46,957 bases of DNA, from the NCBI GenBank assembly GCA_043745805.1, contig JAYTSD010000027.1:1-46957 (forward strand). Reading direction: 5' to 3'. The translations under genes and the position numbers were made by a program. The stretch comes from Fibrobacteria bacterium (GTDB lineage Bacteria; Fibrobacterota; Fibrobacteria; UBA11236). Positions 38,432 through 46,957 of the stretch are shown piece by piece. Numbering within the stretch: the first letter of the stretch is position 1; each line of letters starts with the position of its first letter. Under the pieces are notes generated by a model that worked only from the letters and a program-made list of their open reading frames with translations, ran no database searches and had not been told where the DNA came from.

Positions 38432-39478
38432 TTAGTCAATCGTGAAAAAATAATAGTTCATGGTTTGATTAGTATTCAATTTCCCATTTCCTACAAAATT
38501 AAAGACTTCGCCGCCCATATAACTTTTTACCGCCATCTTGGTGAAGCCACTAAATTCATCTAAAGTGGATCTTTGTAATTTATCTTGACTGCGTTCCAAT
38601 AAAGTTTTGCTGCCATTATCAAATTGAAATTGTAATTGTGTGGGAACCTTTACACCAAGCGCCTTGCTTTGATTTAATATTTGCATAGAACTTGGTTTCA
38701 ACAAGGAAAATACTCCACCTTTTTCTTGTAAACCATAACCTAAAATTTGATGCCCATAATCCCCATCCGCTTGTAAGTAATATCCTGCTTCGTATGACCC
38801 AGTATGCGAAACATAACGAAAGCCTGAATTCACTAATTCGGGAGCGAAATTACTTTGATAGGTGTGATCCATGTATGCCGTTCCTTGTACTTTTAGCGTG
38901 TCATTATTGATGGCTAAAAATCCTTGTACCTTGGCAAAAGGAATATGAATAAAAATCCCTATTTTTTCTTTACCACCCAAGCGAAATAAACCATCACCCC
39001 AAACTTGACCCGGTTTAATTTCCGTAAATTGTAAGTTTAGGTAGTACGAAGTGTTTTTTTTGGTAGTGGAAAAATAAACTTCATGGCTTTCGGGTAATTT
39101 GCCCTTAAACCAAATCTTTTCATGGACACTTAATTTTTGCGAAGAGTCTTCAAAAGTAAAATTCTCTTTTTTATACTCCCGCGCGACAAAATAATTTCTG
39201 CCCTTAAAATTCAATACGGTTAAGTCGGACCCGCAAAGGGGAGGTTTGAATGAACCCACATTGGCGCGAGTATAATTGAGATTGACTTGCATATCATTAT
39301 CGAGAGTGAAACTATAGGACCAAAATTCATTATACGAATTGTTGCCGAGTGGATGAGGTTTTAAATCGCCCACTGTGGTGGGCCTTAATTCACCCGTAGG
39401 GAGTTGATTCGCGGCTTTGCATAAGCTTAAGTTTATTCCGAAAAGCACTAGGTTAAAAATCAGTAAGTATTTTTGCAT
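38432..39478 (-). CDS. Exported AttH/CrtC/Svf1-like lipocalin-fold protein
   Basis: Signal peptide; EFWSYSF (EWWY-like) and GTAYMDH motifs. Confidence 0.5.
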   Translation of the reverse strand: MQKYLLIFNLVLFGINLSLCKAANQLPTGELRPTTVGDLKPHPLGNNSYNEFWSYSFTLDNDMQVNLNYTRANVGSFKPPLCGSDLTVLNFKGRNYFVAREYKKENFTFEDSSQKLSVHEKIWFKGKLPESHEVYFSTTKKNTSYYLNLQFTEIKPGQVWGDGLFRLGGKEKIGIFIHIPFAKVQGFLAINNDTLKVQGTAYMDHTYQSNFAPELVNSGFRYVSHTGSYEAGYYLQADGDYGHQILGYGLQEKGGVFSLLKPSSMQILNQSKALGVKVPTQLQFQFDNGSKTLLERSQDKLQRSTLDEFSGFTKMAVKSYMGGEVFNFVGNGKLNTNQTMNYYFFTID

Positions 39479-39539
39479 TTAATTATCCTCATAGAATAAA
39501 TTATAAACATTAAGCTTAAAAAGCGTAAGCCCGAAATTC

Positions 39540-40223
39540 CTATAATAAATGGGTTTTTAAATAAACTAATCCATTTTTTAAAAGGCTTTGCGTATGCGGC
39601 AAGCTTTGCTTTAACCAGTCTGCTGAAAACAAATGTCGGGAGTGTAAAAATAGCGCCAGAAAAATAAGCCACATATTAACAATGACTAAAGCGGAAAATA
39701 AAAATCCATAAGCTTGTAAATCCGTTTGATAAAAACGCAACTCTTTGCTCATGCGATAAATAAAAGATCCTAATAAACCACCGAGCAATAAACTCCACTT
39801 CCATTGCAAAGGCTCTTGAATGAGAAAACCGATTCCCCAAATGAAGCACACCCAAAGTGGCAAGAAATAAGGCCCTAAAGCAATTAGAGGGTTGGCGCGT
39901 GCTAATAAAACTTCGCCACCATCCTTTAAGGTAGCCGATAAGGATTGGGGTGGGGAAAAAGTAAGATAGCCAAATAAGGCATGGGTTAATTCATGTTCCA
40001 AAGTATCAATAAAATCGAGTGGGTCGGTTTTACCTAGGCTTTGCCAAATCTTTCCAAAGCCCGAGCGAAAAGCGAATCCACCTGCAAAGGCCCATAGCAA
40101 AGGGCTTGTAAAGCATGCCTTCCAAATTATAGCTTGCCCCAAGGCCCAAAGCGCCGCATAAATTTGCAACCCTAATATCGGCAAGCTGAGCCAACGGAGC
40201 AAAATGAATATCCAAGATTTCAT
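39540..40223 (-). CDS. M50B-like intramembrane metallopeptidase
   Basis: HELTH (HExxH) next to a TM helix, IALGPY, downstream TD motif, multiple TM helices. Confidence 0.7.
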   Translation of the reverse strand: MKSWIFILLRWLSLPILGLQIYAALWALGQAIIWKACFTSPLLWAFAGGFAFRSGFGKIWQSLGKTDPLDFIDTLEHELTHALFGYLTFSPPQSLSATLKDGGEVLLARANPLIALGPYFLPLWVCFIWGIGFLIQEPLQWKWSLLLGGLLGSFIYRMSKELRFYQTDLQAYGFLFSALVIVNMWLIFLALFLHSRHLFSADWLKQSLPHTQSLLKNGLVYLKTHLL

Positions 40224-40335
40224 CGGTTAAATATAGCTGATAGGGAAATGTTATGTATAAATATGTCGTGGCAATTTCCCAGTTTACGCCAAGGAAAATT
40301 ATATTTCCATTATAACAGAAAATTATAGGAGTGTT

Positions 40336-41622
40336 ATGACAGCAATTAAAAAAGTAACGGGCCGCCAGATTTTAGATTCACGGGGCAATCCCACGGTGGA
40401 AGTGGATGTGCTTTTAGACAATGGTGTAATGGGCCGCGCGGCAGTTCCATCAGGCGCATCAACCGGTGAGCGTGAAGCTTGCGAGTTACGCGATGGCGAT
40501 AAAGCCGTTTACTTGGGCAAAGGTGTTTTGAAGGCGGTAAAAAACGTCAATACTGTTTTGAATAAAGCCTTAGCCGGCAAAGATGTTTATGCGCAAGCCG
40601 AACTCGATGCTTTGATGATTAAACTCGATGGCACGCCGAACAAAACCAAACTCGGCGCCAATGCTTTACTCGGTTGTTCCATGGCCATTGCCAAAGCCGC
40701 AGCCGCAGATAAAAAAGTTTCCTTATTTATTTACTTAGGCGAATTAGCCGGTAACAAAAATTTCGTGTTACCCCTGCCTATGTGTAATATTATCAATGGT
40801 GGCGCGCATTCTGATGCCCCTATTGATTTTCAAGAATTCATGATTGCTCCTGTGGGTGCCAAAAGCTTTTCCGAAGGCTTACGCATGTCGGTAGAAATTT
40901 TCCATGCTTTAAAATCCATTTTGAAAAAACGCGGTCTTTCCACCGCCGTGGGTGATGAAGGTGGTTTTGCACCTACTTTAAAAGGCACTACCGATGCATT
41001 GGATAGCATTATCAAGGCGATTAAAGCCGCAGGTTACAAGCCTGGATCCGATATTAAAATTGCTCTCGATGTGGCTTCGTCGGAATTTTATGACAAAGAC
41101 AAAAAGCAATATATTTTACACAAGTCCACCGGCAAGGCTTATTCCAGCAAGCAAATGGTGAAATTGTATGAAGACCTTGTTAAGAAATATCCGATTTATT
41201 CCATTGAAGATGGCATGGATCAAAATGACTGGGAAGGTTGGAAACTTTTAACCGATACGCTTGGTAAAAAAGTTCAATTAGTGGGCGATGATTTATTCGT
41301 AACCAATCCTGCGATTTTGAAACAAGGTATTGACACCAAAACCGCGAATGCCATTTTGATTAAGGTTAATCAAATCGGTACTTTAAGCGAAACCTTGGAA
41401 GCTATTGCCATGGCGCAAAAAGCCAACTTTGGTGTAGTGTCCTCGCATCGTTCCGGCGAAACTGAAGACAGCTTTATCGCGGACTTGGCGGTAGCCACTG
41501 GCGCAGGTCAAATCAAAACCGGTTCCTTGAGTCGCACCGATCGCGTTTGCAAATACAATCAATTGATTCGTATTGAAGAAGAACTCGGCAAAGCCGCGAA
41601 GTGGAAGAAAAACCGCTTCTAG
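40336..41622 (+). CDS. eno: Enolase
   Basis: [38 protein letters not shown] and KYNQL motifs. Confidence 0.99.
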   Translation: MTAIKKVTGRQILDSRGNPTVEVDVLLDNGVMGRAAVPSGASTGEREACELRDGDKAVYLGKGVLKAVKNVNTVLNKALAGKDVYAQAELDALMIKLDGTPNKTKLGANALLGCSMAIAKAAAADKKVSLFIYLGELAGNKNFVLPLPMCNIINGGAHSDAPIDFQEFMIAPVGAKSFSEGLRMSVEIFHALKSILKKRGLSTAVGDEGGFAPTLKGTTDALDSIIKAIKAAGYKPGSDIKIALDVASSEFYDKDKKQYILHKSTGKAYSSKQMVKLYEDLVKKYPIYSIEDGMDQNDWEGWKLLTDTLGKKVQLVGDDLFVTNPAILKQGIDTKTANAILIKVNQIGTLSETLEAIAMAQKANFGVVSSHRSGETEDSFIADLAVATGAGQIKTGSLSRTDRVCKYNQLIRIEEELGKAAKWKKNRF

Positions 41623-41710
41623 TTTTTGATTAGTAAATAATTAATAAATCTATTACTTAAGTCGGTTGTTTAGTTTTTCCTTGGTGGAGAAATTAAGCAG
41701 CCGTTTTTTT

Positions 41711-42490
41711 TTAATCCCGCAGCACAATCCCACGCGTGGCCCATTTTTTCCGCTTCTGACGTTCTTCCTTGGTGGTATAACCCTTTTTTATACCGCGATA
41801 ATTGGAGCGTGCGGGATCCAAAGCGCAGGCCAACATAAAATCGATCATAGCTTTGAATACCACCAGCAAATTGTCTTGCGGAATATGCGGCAAATTTTCT
41901 AAACCACGACGATGCGCTTCACCCAGAAAAAAATGAATCGACTCCAAGGTCGATAAACAATACTCTGCAGGCTGTTCTTTAATTCTAAAAATAGATTCAT
42001 GGTTTGCGGTAAAGGATAGGCGCGGCAAGCTGCGAATATTTTGCGAAAGCGTCATCATCTTTTTAGCGCAAGGCCAAGTGCCGTCGATTAAAAACAGAAT
42101 CAATTTACGCCCCAAATTTTTCAGCTCAAGTAAAGGAGAAATGTCGTCCGTGGAAATATTCAAAGATTTTTCGCCAGGATACAAAACCAAGCAAAAATTT
42201 TGAGGATCTTGAATCAAAGCATTAACTTGGGCATTATGCGTGAAATCAATACCGACAATAATATCTGAATTCATAAGGGCGGCATGTGTTACCCTACCGG
42301 TGCCGAGCTTTTCCTTTTTCGCTTCCATAGGATGCATAAGCAAAACAAAGCGGGTGTCCGTGGCAAAGGGTTTGATGAGATGACAAAGACAATACTCTTT
42401 AATCCAAAAGCATTGATAACAAGTATTTTCTCGCTTATAGGTTACAGGCTCTTGCTTTTGCTTGAGTTGTAAATAAGTAGCCTTATCCAA
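41711..42490 (-). CDS. tapT: DTW-domain tRNA-uridine aminocarboxypropyltransferase (TapT/YfiP-like)
   Basis: CxxC..CxC N-terminus, HPME, TG, LYP, IDGTW and LSTLES motifs. Confidence 0.85.
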   Translation of the reverse strand: MDKATYLQLKQKQEPVTYKRENTCYQCFWIKEYCLCHLIKPFATDTRFVLLMHPMEAKKEKLGTGRVTHAALMNSDIIVGIDFTHNAQVNALIQDPQNFCLVLYPGEKSLNISTDDISPLLELKNLGRKLILFLIDGTWPCAKKMMTLSQNIRSLPRLSFTANHESIFRIKEQPAEYCLSTLESIHFFLGEAHRRGLENLPHIPQDNLLVVFKAMIDFMLACALDPARSNYRGIKKGYTTKEERQKRKKWATRGIVLRD

Positions 42491-42519
42491 ATCTTTTAAT
42501 CTTTCCTCAATAATGAAGC

Positions 42520-43923
42520 TTATTCCAGTAAACGAACCTTAAAGCGACGACCTTTAATTTTATTTTCATCCAATTGCAAAAAAGCTTTTTTCGCGGACTT
42601 CATCTCCACCGAAACATAAGCGGTATAATCCAGCACATCGATTTTACCCACGGCCTTGCCTTCAATACCCTCTTCGCCCGTTAAAGCGCCTAAAATATCA
42701 CCGGCTCGAAGCTTGTCTTTACGTCCTGCCGCGATTACCAAGGTTACCCAATCGGCCCATAAAAAGCCTTCACCTTGTCCTACAACGGAGTCCAAATTTT
42801 CTGAAGCAATAGGGGATTGCAAAGCCTCACATAATGCCTTCATTTTATATTGCTCATTGGCCGATGCCAAAGTAAAAGCAATGCCACTTTTTCCCGCGCG
42901 TCCTGTGCGTCCAATGCGATGCACATAGGTTTCGGAATCATGCGGTATTTCATAATTAATCACCATGGATAAATCTTCAATATCCAAGCCACGTGCGGCC
43001 ACATCAGTAGCGACTAGTACGCGACAACTTTGATGACGAAAGCGCATCAGCACATTTTCTCTATCGCGTTGTTCCATATCGCCATGTAAAGTCGCAACGC
43101 TAAATCTTTTATCCAATAAATAAGCATACAATTCATTGGCCGCCACTTTAGTATTGCAAAAAATAATCGTTGAGCGCGGTTTAAAATGGGCTAGTAATGC
43201 CGCGGTCCCTTCGAGCTTATCGCTTCTTTCACAAAGCATAAATTTTTGTTCAATATCGCTTTGACCCGGTTCCGCTTCAATATTTATATGTGTCGGATGA
43301 CTTTGAAAACGATTACTCAAGATGCGAATATCTTCGGGAAAGGTAGCAGAAAAAAATAAAGTTTGGCGATGGGCAGGGGTAACCGCTATGATATCAGTAA
43401 TATCTGTCAAAAATCCCATTTCCAACATTCTATCGGCTTCGTCTAATACCAAGGTTTTTACGGCATCGAGCGAAAGGGTTTCTCGATTCAAATGATCTTT
43501 AATACGTCCCGGCGTACCTACCAAAATATGTGCATTATTTTTCAAAGAGGCTTTTTGCAAAGCCATCACTTGGCCACCATATAATGTCAAAACTTTGACA
43601 TTACTTTGATAACGTGCGAGTTTCCGTATTTCCTCGGTAACCTGTATGCTCAATTCCCGCGTTGGACATAATACCAAAGCTTGCACGCGCATATCTTGCA
43701 CATCGAGCTTATTAATCAAAGGAATAGCAAAAGCCGCAGTTTTACCACTACCCGTTTTAGCTTGCGCCACTAAATCTTCACCCTTTAAAGCAATAGGTAA
43801 AGCGGCAGATTGAATAGGCGTTAATTTTTGATAGCCCAAGTTTTCCAGATTAGCTAATTGCGCGGCAGGTAAATCGCATTCTGAAAATAAAGTAAAAGCG
43901 GAATGGGGTGTAGTGGAAGTCAA
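42520..43923 (-). CDS. dbpA: DEAD-box RNA helicase DbpA
   Basis: DEAD core plus C-terminal DbpA RNA-binding domain (GRKDKLRAGDILGALT...VGKI...IKGRRFKV). Confidence 0.95.
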   Translation of the reverse strand: MTSTTPHSAFTLFSECDLPAAQLANLENLGYQKLTPIQSAALPIALKGEDLVAQAKTGSGKTAAFAIPLINKLDVQDMRVQALVLCPTRELSIQVTEEIRKLARYQSNVKVLTLYGGQVMALQKASLKNNAHILVGTPGRIKDHLNRETLSLDAVKTLVLDEADRMLEMGFLTDITDIIAVTPAHRQTLFFSATFPEDIRILSNRFQSHPTHINIEAEPGQSDIEQKFMLCERSDKLEGTAALLAHFKPRSTIIFCNTKVAANELYAYLLDKRFSVATLHGDMEQRDRENVLMRFRHQSCRVLVATDVAARGLDIEDLSMVINYEIPHDSETYVHRIGRTGRAGKSGIAFTLASANEQYKMKALCEALQSPIASENLDSVVGQGEGFLWADWVTLVIAAGRKDKLRAGDILGALTGEEGIEGKAVGKIDVLDYTAYVSVEMKSAKKAFLQLDENKIKGRRFKVRLLE

Positions 43924-44013
43924 AAGTTGCTTTCGATAAAGCGAGTAAAGATAAGTATAAGCCGATAAAGGGGGAAGCCCCCTAGCCTCGGCTTCGGTTT
44001 GCGCAATTTTGGA

Positions 44014-44042
44014 TTGTAGGGCCTAAAAACCCGTCCCTACAA
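44014..44042. repeat. REP-like palindrome
   Basis: TTGTAGGG-N13-CCCTACAA, a GTAG-flanked hairpin; single copy in this window. Confidence 0.45.
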
Positions 44043-44467
44043 ATCAGCAAACCGTGATCCTCATCTACCCCAAAGTTGTGCCGCTGGAATTCGGCAAAGG
44101 CTTTGGGTAACGTACGAGTAAACACCCATTTTCAAAATTAATTCCTGATTTAATTCCTCATCAAACCAAAAACAAATTCATTTGAAATTACAAACCAACA
44201 TTGCACCCAAATCGCAGTGTTTGTGTGTATTCTTAAAAATGGTTAAAATTTCATAAAACAAAATTCTCTGCTTTGTTACCCTGCGAGTTCATTGCCCCAA
44301 TTTATCCAAATTTTTATGATGTTGCTTCGAAATTTCTGCAGAACCTTAATATCATGGATTTTTAAAATAAAGTCTATTTATTTGTGCAATATTTTTAATT
44401 AAGATAATAATTATAGACATTATAAAAATAACTGCCCTAAATCCATGAAATTGTGTTATAATATATA

Positions 44468-44505
44468 CGTCTATTTAAATAGACGATATTATACTTAAAG
44501 TATAA
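44468..44505. promoter_or_regulatory. Operator palindromes upstream of the hipBA-like operon
   Basis: Perfect 18-bp CGTCTATTTAAATAGACG (44468-44485) and TTATACTT-A-AAGTATAA (44489-44505). Confidence 0.7.
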
Positions 44506-44518
44506 AAGGATAGACGCA

Positions 44519-44878
44519 ATGGAAAAAGGTAAAAAAACAGGGAGGCTTCCTCTTCCAGTCAACCGCGTGCTTCGAAAATTAGGTCAGGATATTTCCGATG
44601 CTAGACGGAGACGGCGTATACCCGCTGCTCTTTTGGCGGAAAGAGCGGCTATTAATCGTATGACGCTTTATAAAATTGAAAGGGGAATGCCTGGAGTATC
44701 CATGGGTTCCTATACAACGGTACTTTTTGTATTAGGTTTGATGGAGCCGCTAAATAGTTTAGCCGAGGCAAAAAATGATCCCATTGGACTTGCCCTCGAA
44801 GAAGAAAGGCTGCCGAAAAGGATTCATCTTCCACGCAAAAAAAAGATGATTCCGCCGAAAGCAAAGGATCACAAATAA
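44519..44878 (+). CDS. XRE-family HTH antitoxin (HipB-like)
   Basis: ARRRRRIP..LAERAAINRMTLYKIERG..GVSMG HTH; TAATG-coupled to hipA. Confidence 0.85.
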   Translation: MEKGKKTGRLPLPVNRVLRKLGQDISDARRRRRIPAALLAERAAINRMTLYKIERGMPGVSMGSYTTVLFVLGLMEPLNSLAEAKNDPIGLALEEERLPKRIHLPRKKKMIPPKAKDHK

Positions 44879-46134
44879 TGGATAAAAATATTTTTGTCTA
44901 TGTGGATCTCCAAGGTAACTCTTATTTGATGGGACAACTTTGGGCGCGTATGCGCAAGGATAAACAGACTGCAACCTTTGAGTATGATAAGGAATGGTTA
45001 ACTCGACCTGATCACTTTTCCCTAGAACCCGCTTTGATGTTAGGTCCAGGACCTTTTCATGCCGATGCGAATAAACCGCTTTTTGGATCCATAGGGGATT
45101 CGGCACCTGATCGTTGGGGGCGAACATTAATGCGCCGTGCTGAACGCAAACGTGCGGAGCGCGAAGGTATTGTACCGAGAACATTACATGAAGTTGAATA
45201 TCTGCTTTTGGTCGATGATGAGGCGCGTCAAGGCGCATTGCGGTTTTCGGAATCACTAGGTGGCCCATTTATGGCTCCACATAGTGCCACTAAAATACCG
45301 CCTTTGATTGAGTTACCGAAACTACTTTCTGCCGTGGAACGAATTGCTGAGGATACCGATGAGGATGAAGATTTACGACTGCTGCTAGCACCTGGTTCTT
45401 CCTTGGGAGGCGCACGGCCAAAAGCTTCAATAAGAGATCGGGACGGTCATTTGGCTATCGCAAAATTTCCTCATAGGGATGATGGAATCAGTCTGGTTAA
45501 ATGGGAAGCTTTGGCTTTGAGGCTTGCAAAGAAAGCGGGTATTGTAATTTCTGAATGGCGTATAGAGAATGTCGCAAACCAGCCGGTTTTGGTATTACGA
45601 CGATTCGACCGAACGGGAACAATGAGAATACCCTTTCTTTCCGCTATGAGTATGTTGGGAGCGAATGATGGTGAATCACATAGCTATTTGGAAATTGCTG
45701 ATGCCATTAGGCAACATGGAGGATCACCAAAAGAGGATTTACATGCTTTGTGGAGGCGTATGGTTTTCAATATTCTGATTTCGAACACGGATGATCATCT
45801 TCGCAATCATGGCTTTCTATATGAAGGCATAAATGGATGGCGACTTTCGCCAGCTTATGATCTTAATCCGGTGCCTACCGATATTAAACCACGCATTTTA
45901 ACCACAGCTATCAATGAAGACGATGGCACTGCCTCACTCGACTTGGCATTGCAGGTTGCAAATTATTTTGAACTCGAAATAGAGGACGCTAAAATGGTTG
46001 CTGCTGAGGTCGGGCTAGCTGTATCTAAGTGGCAAAGCGAAGCCGCAGTTCTGGGAATTTCCGCGAAGGAAATAAACCGCATGAGTTCAGCCTTTGAGCA
46101 TAAGGATTTGAAAGCTGCGTTGAGGTTTGGTTAA
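44878..46134 (+). CDS. hipA: Type II TA HipA-family Ser/Thr kinase toxin
   Basis: DSAPDRWGR, SSLGGARPKA, IAKFP, RRFDR, NTDDHLRNHGF and LSPAYD motifs. Confidence 0.93.
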   Translation: MDKNIFVYVDLQGNSYLMGQLWARMRKDKQTATFEYDKEWLTRPDHFSLEPALMLGPGPFHADANKPLFGSIGDSAPDRWGRTLMRRAERKRAEREGIVPRTLHEVEYLLLVDDEARQGALRFSESLGGPFMAPHSATKIPPLIELPKLLSAVERIAEDTDEDEDLRLLLAPGSSLGGARPKASIRDRDGHLAIAKFPHRDDGISLVKWEALALRLAKKAGIVISEWRIENVANQPVLVLRRFDRTGTMRIPFLSAMSMLGANDGESHSYLEIADAIRQHGGSPKEDLHALWRRMVFNILISNTDDHLRNHGFLYEGINGWRLSPAYDLNPVPTDIKPRILTTAINEDDGTASLDLALQVANYFELEIEDAKMVAAEVGLAVSKWQSEAAVLGISAKEINRMSSAFEHKDLKAALRFG

Positions 46135-46582
46135 CCATTACTAAGTATTGCTTTTGTTCAATCCATACGTTTAGGTTACAAAAGAATTTTTAGAACCAAA
46201 TTAATTTTGGCATTGTGTCTATTGGCTTATATAAAATATGGAACAGAATTTGGATTGCAAAATAAATTTTATATTGGTTTAGCCTATTCTATTTCTGGCG
46301 ACAGAATAAAAAGCATTACGGCTTAGAACTCAAAAATAAATTTTGGAATCCCTGACATTGCAGTGTGATATCAATCGCTACTATAAGTAGTTTATAGTAT
46401 AACAAAAAATAAGAATGACTTATTGGCGAAATTTTATATTGTAAAACGCAATCAAAATAAAATCACAAAAGTGTTTACACGATTAAAATAGTTACTAACT
46501 TCATAGAATATTCTTTGCCTGTGAAAATGTAAAAGAGTAAAACGTTTCGTTTAAAATGCGTAAGAAAAGTTAGGGAGGGATT

Positions 46583-46957
46583 ATGCGTAATCACTATATT
46601 GAATGTCTTTTGGGAATGCTTGTTTTTGGCACTTCGCTTTGTGTCGATGTAGAAGCACAATCGCAAGCTAATGATGTTTCAAATGGAGATGCTGTGGTGG
46701 TCATAGACACTCTTACTCCCAAGAGAATTAAAAGTAATCATCTGGAATTGCAAAAAATGCTTTTAGTGGATTCCTTGTCTTGGCTTAAAGCGAATGCTAC
46801 TCGTTCCGCTGACACTAAAGATGCAGAAGTAGCCAATGTTTACAATAAAAGACATGTGGCTAGGCTTAAAGGCTTTTGCAATGATAAGCGCTTTGCTTCT
46901 TTAAGCGAAGTTGATTTACTCACCGAAATGACTTCGGAAGAGCGCGGGTTTTGCAAA
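46583..46957 (+). CDS. Partial hypothetical exported protein (runs off the window)
   Basis: GGAGG RBS, MRNHYIECLLGMLVFGTSLCVDVEA-Q signal-like N-terminus, frame open to the end of the window. Confidence 0.65.
   Translation, partial: MRNHYIECLLGMLVFGTSLCVDVEAQSQANDVSNGDAVVVIDTLTPKRIKSNHLELQKMLLVDSLSWLKANATRSADTKDAEVANVYNKRHVARLKGFCNDKRFASLSEVDLLTEMTSEERGFCK

Noticed and set aside
21678-43923. rnr, rhlE, eno, dbpA and tapT in one window suggesting a degradosome cluster
   Set aside because: They are dispersed over 22 kb on different strands with unrelated genes between them; probably coincidental.
1-46957. CRISPR arrays, tRNA or rRNA genes, intact transposases or integrases
   Set aside because: No regularly spaced direct repeats, cloverleaf or rRNA signatures, or recombinase motifs were seen by eye.

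Overview
AT-rich bacterial chromosomal window from a diderm. The T9SS/FlgD-like C-terminal sorting domain and lineage-typical secreted proteins suggest FCB group, possibly Fibrobacterota (inference). From left to right: (1) a polymorphic-toxin remnant array (lipoprotein, orphan Rhs tip plus unannotated 2-TM immunity gene, XRE regulator, dinJ-yafQ, Ntox44-like fragment plus immunity candidate); (2) a rewired kdp locus in which kdpFABC follows a membrane histidine kinase and a sigma54 promoter, an AlgB/NtrC-like enhancer-binding regulator sits directly after ptsP (EI-Ntr), and KdpD is kinase-less and fused to a PTS EIIA domain; (3) glgM-glgE, a hybrid kinase, RNase R, a divergent cobS, and rhlE with a hairpin-dense upstream region; (4) the best candidate novel system, an operon of two PilZ-PilZ-GNAT (FeeM/LuxI-like acyltransferase) paralogs flanking a heme-oxygenase-like diiron oxidase, divergent from a V4R-TM-GAF histidine kinase, i.e. 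a putative c-di-GMP-gated small-molecule signal synthesis and sensing module; (5) secreted proteins, eno, a DTW protein, dbpA, a hipBA-like module and a partial ORF at the right edge. All family calls come from motif recognition by eye; no searches were run.
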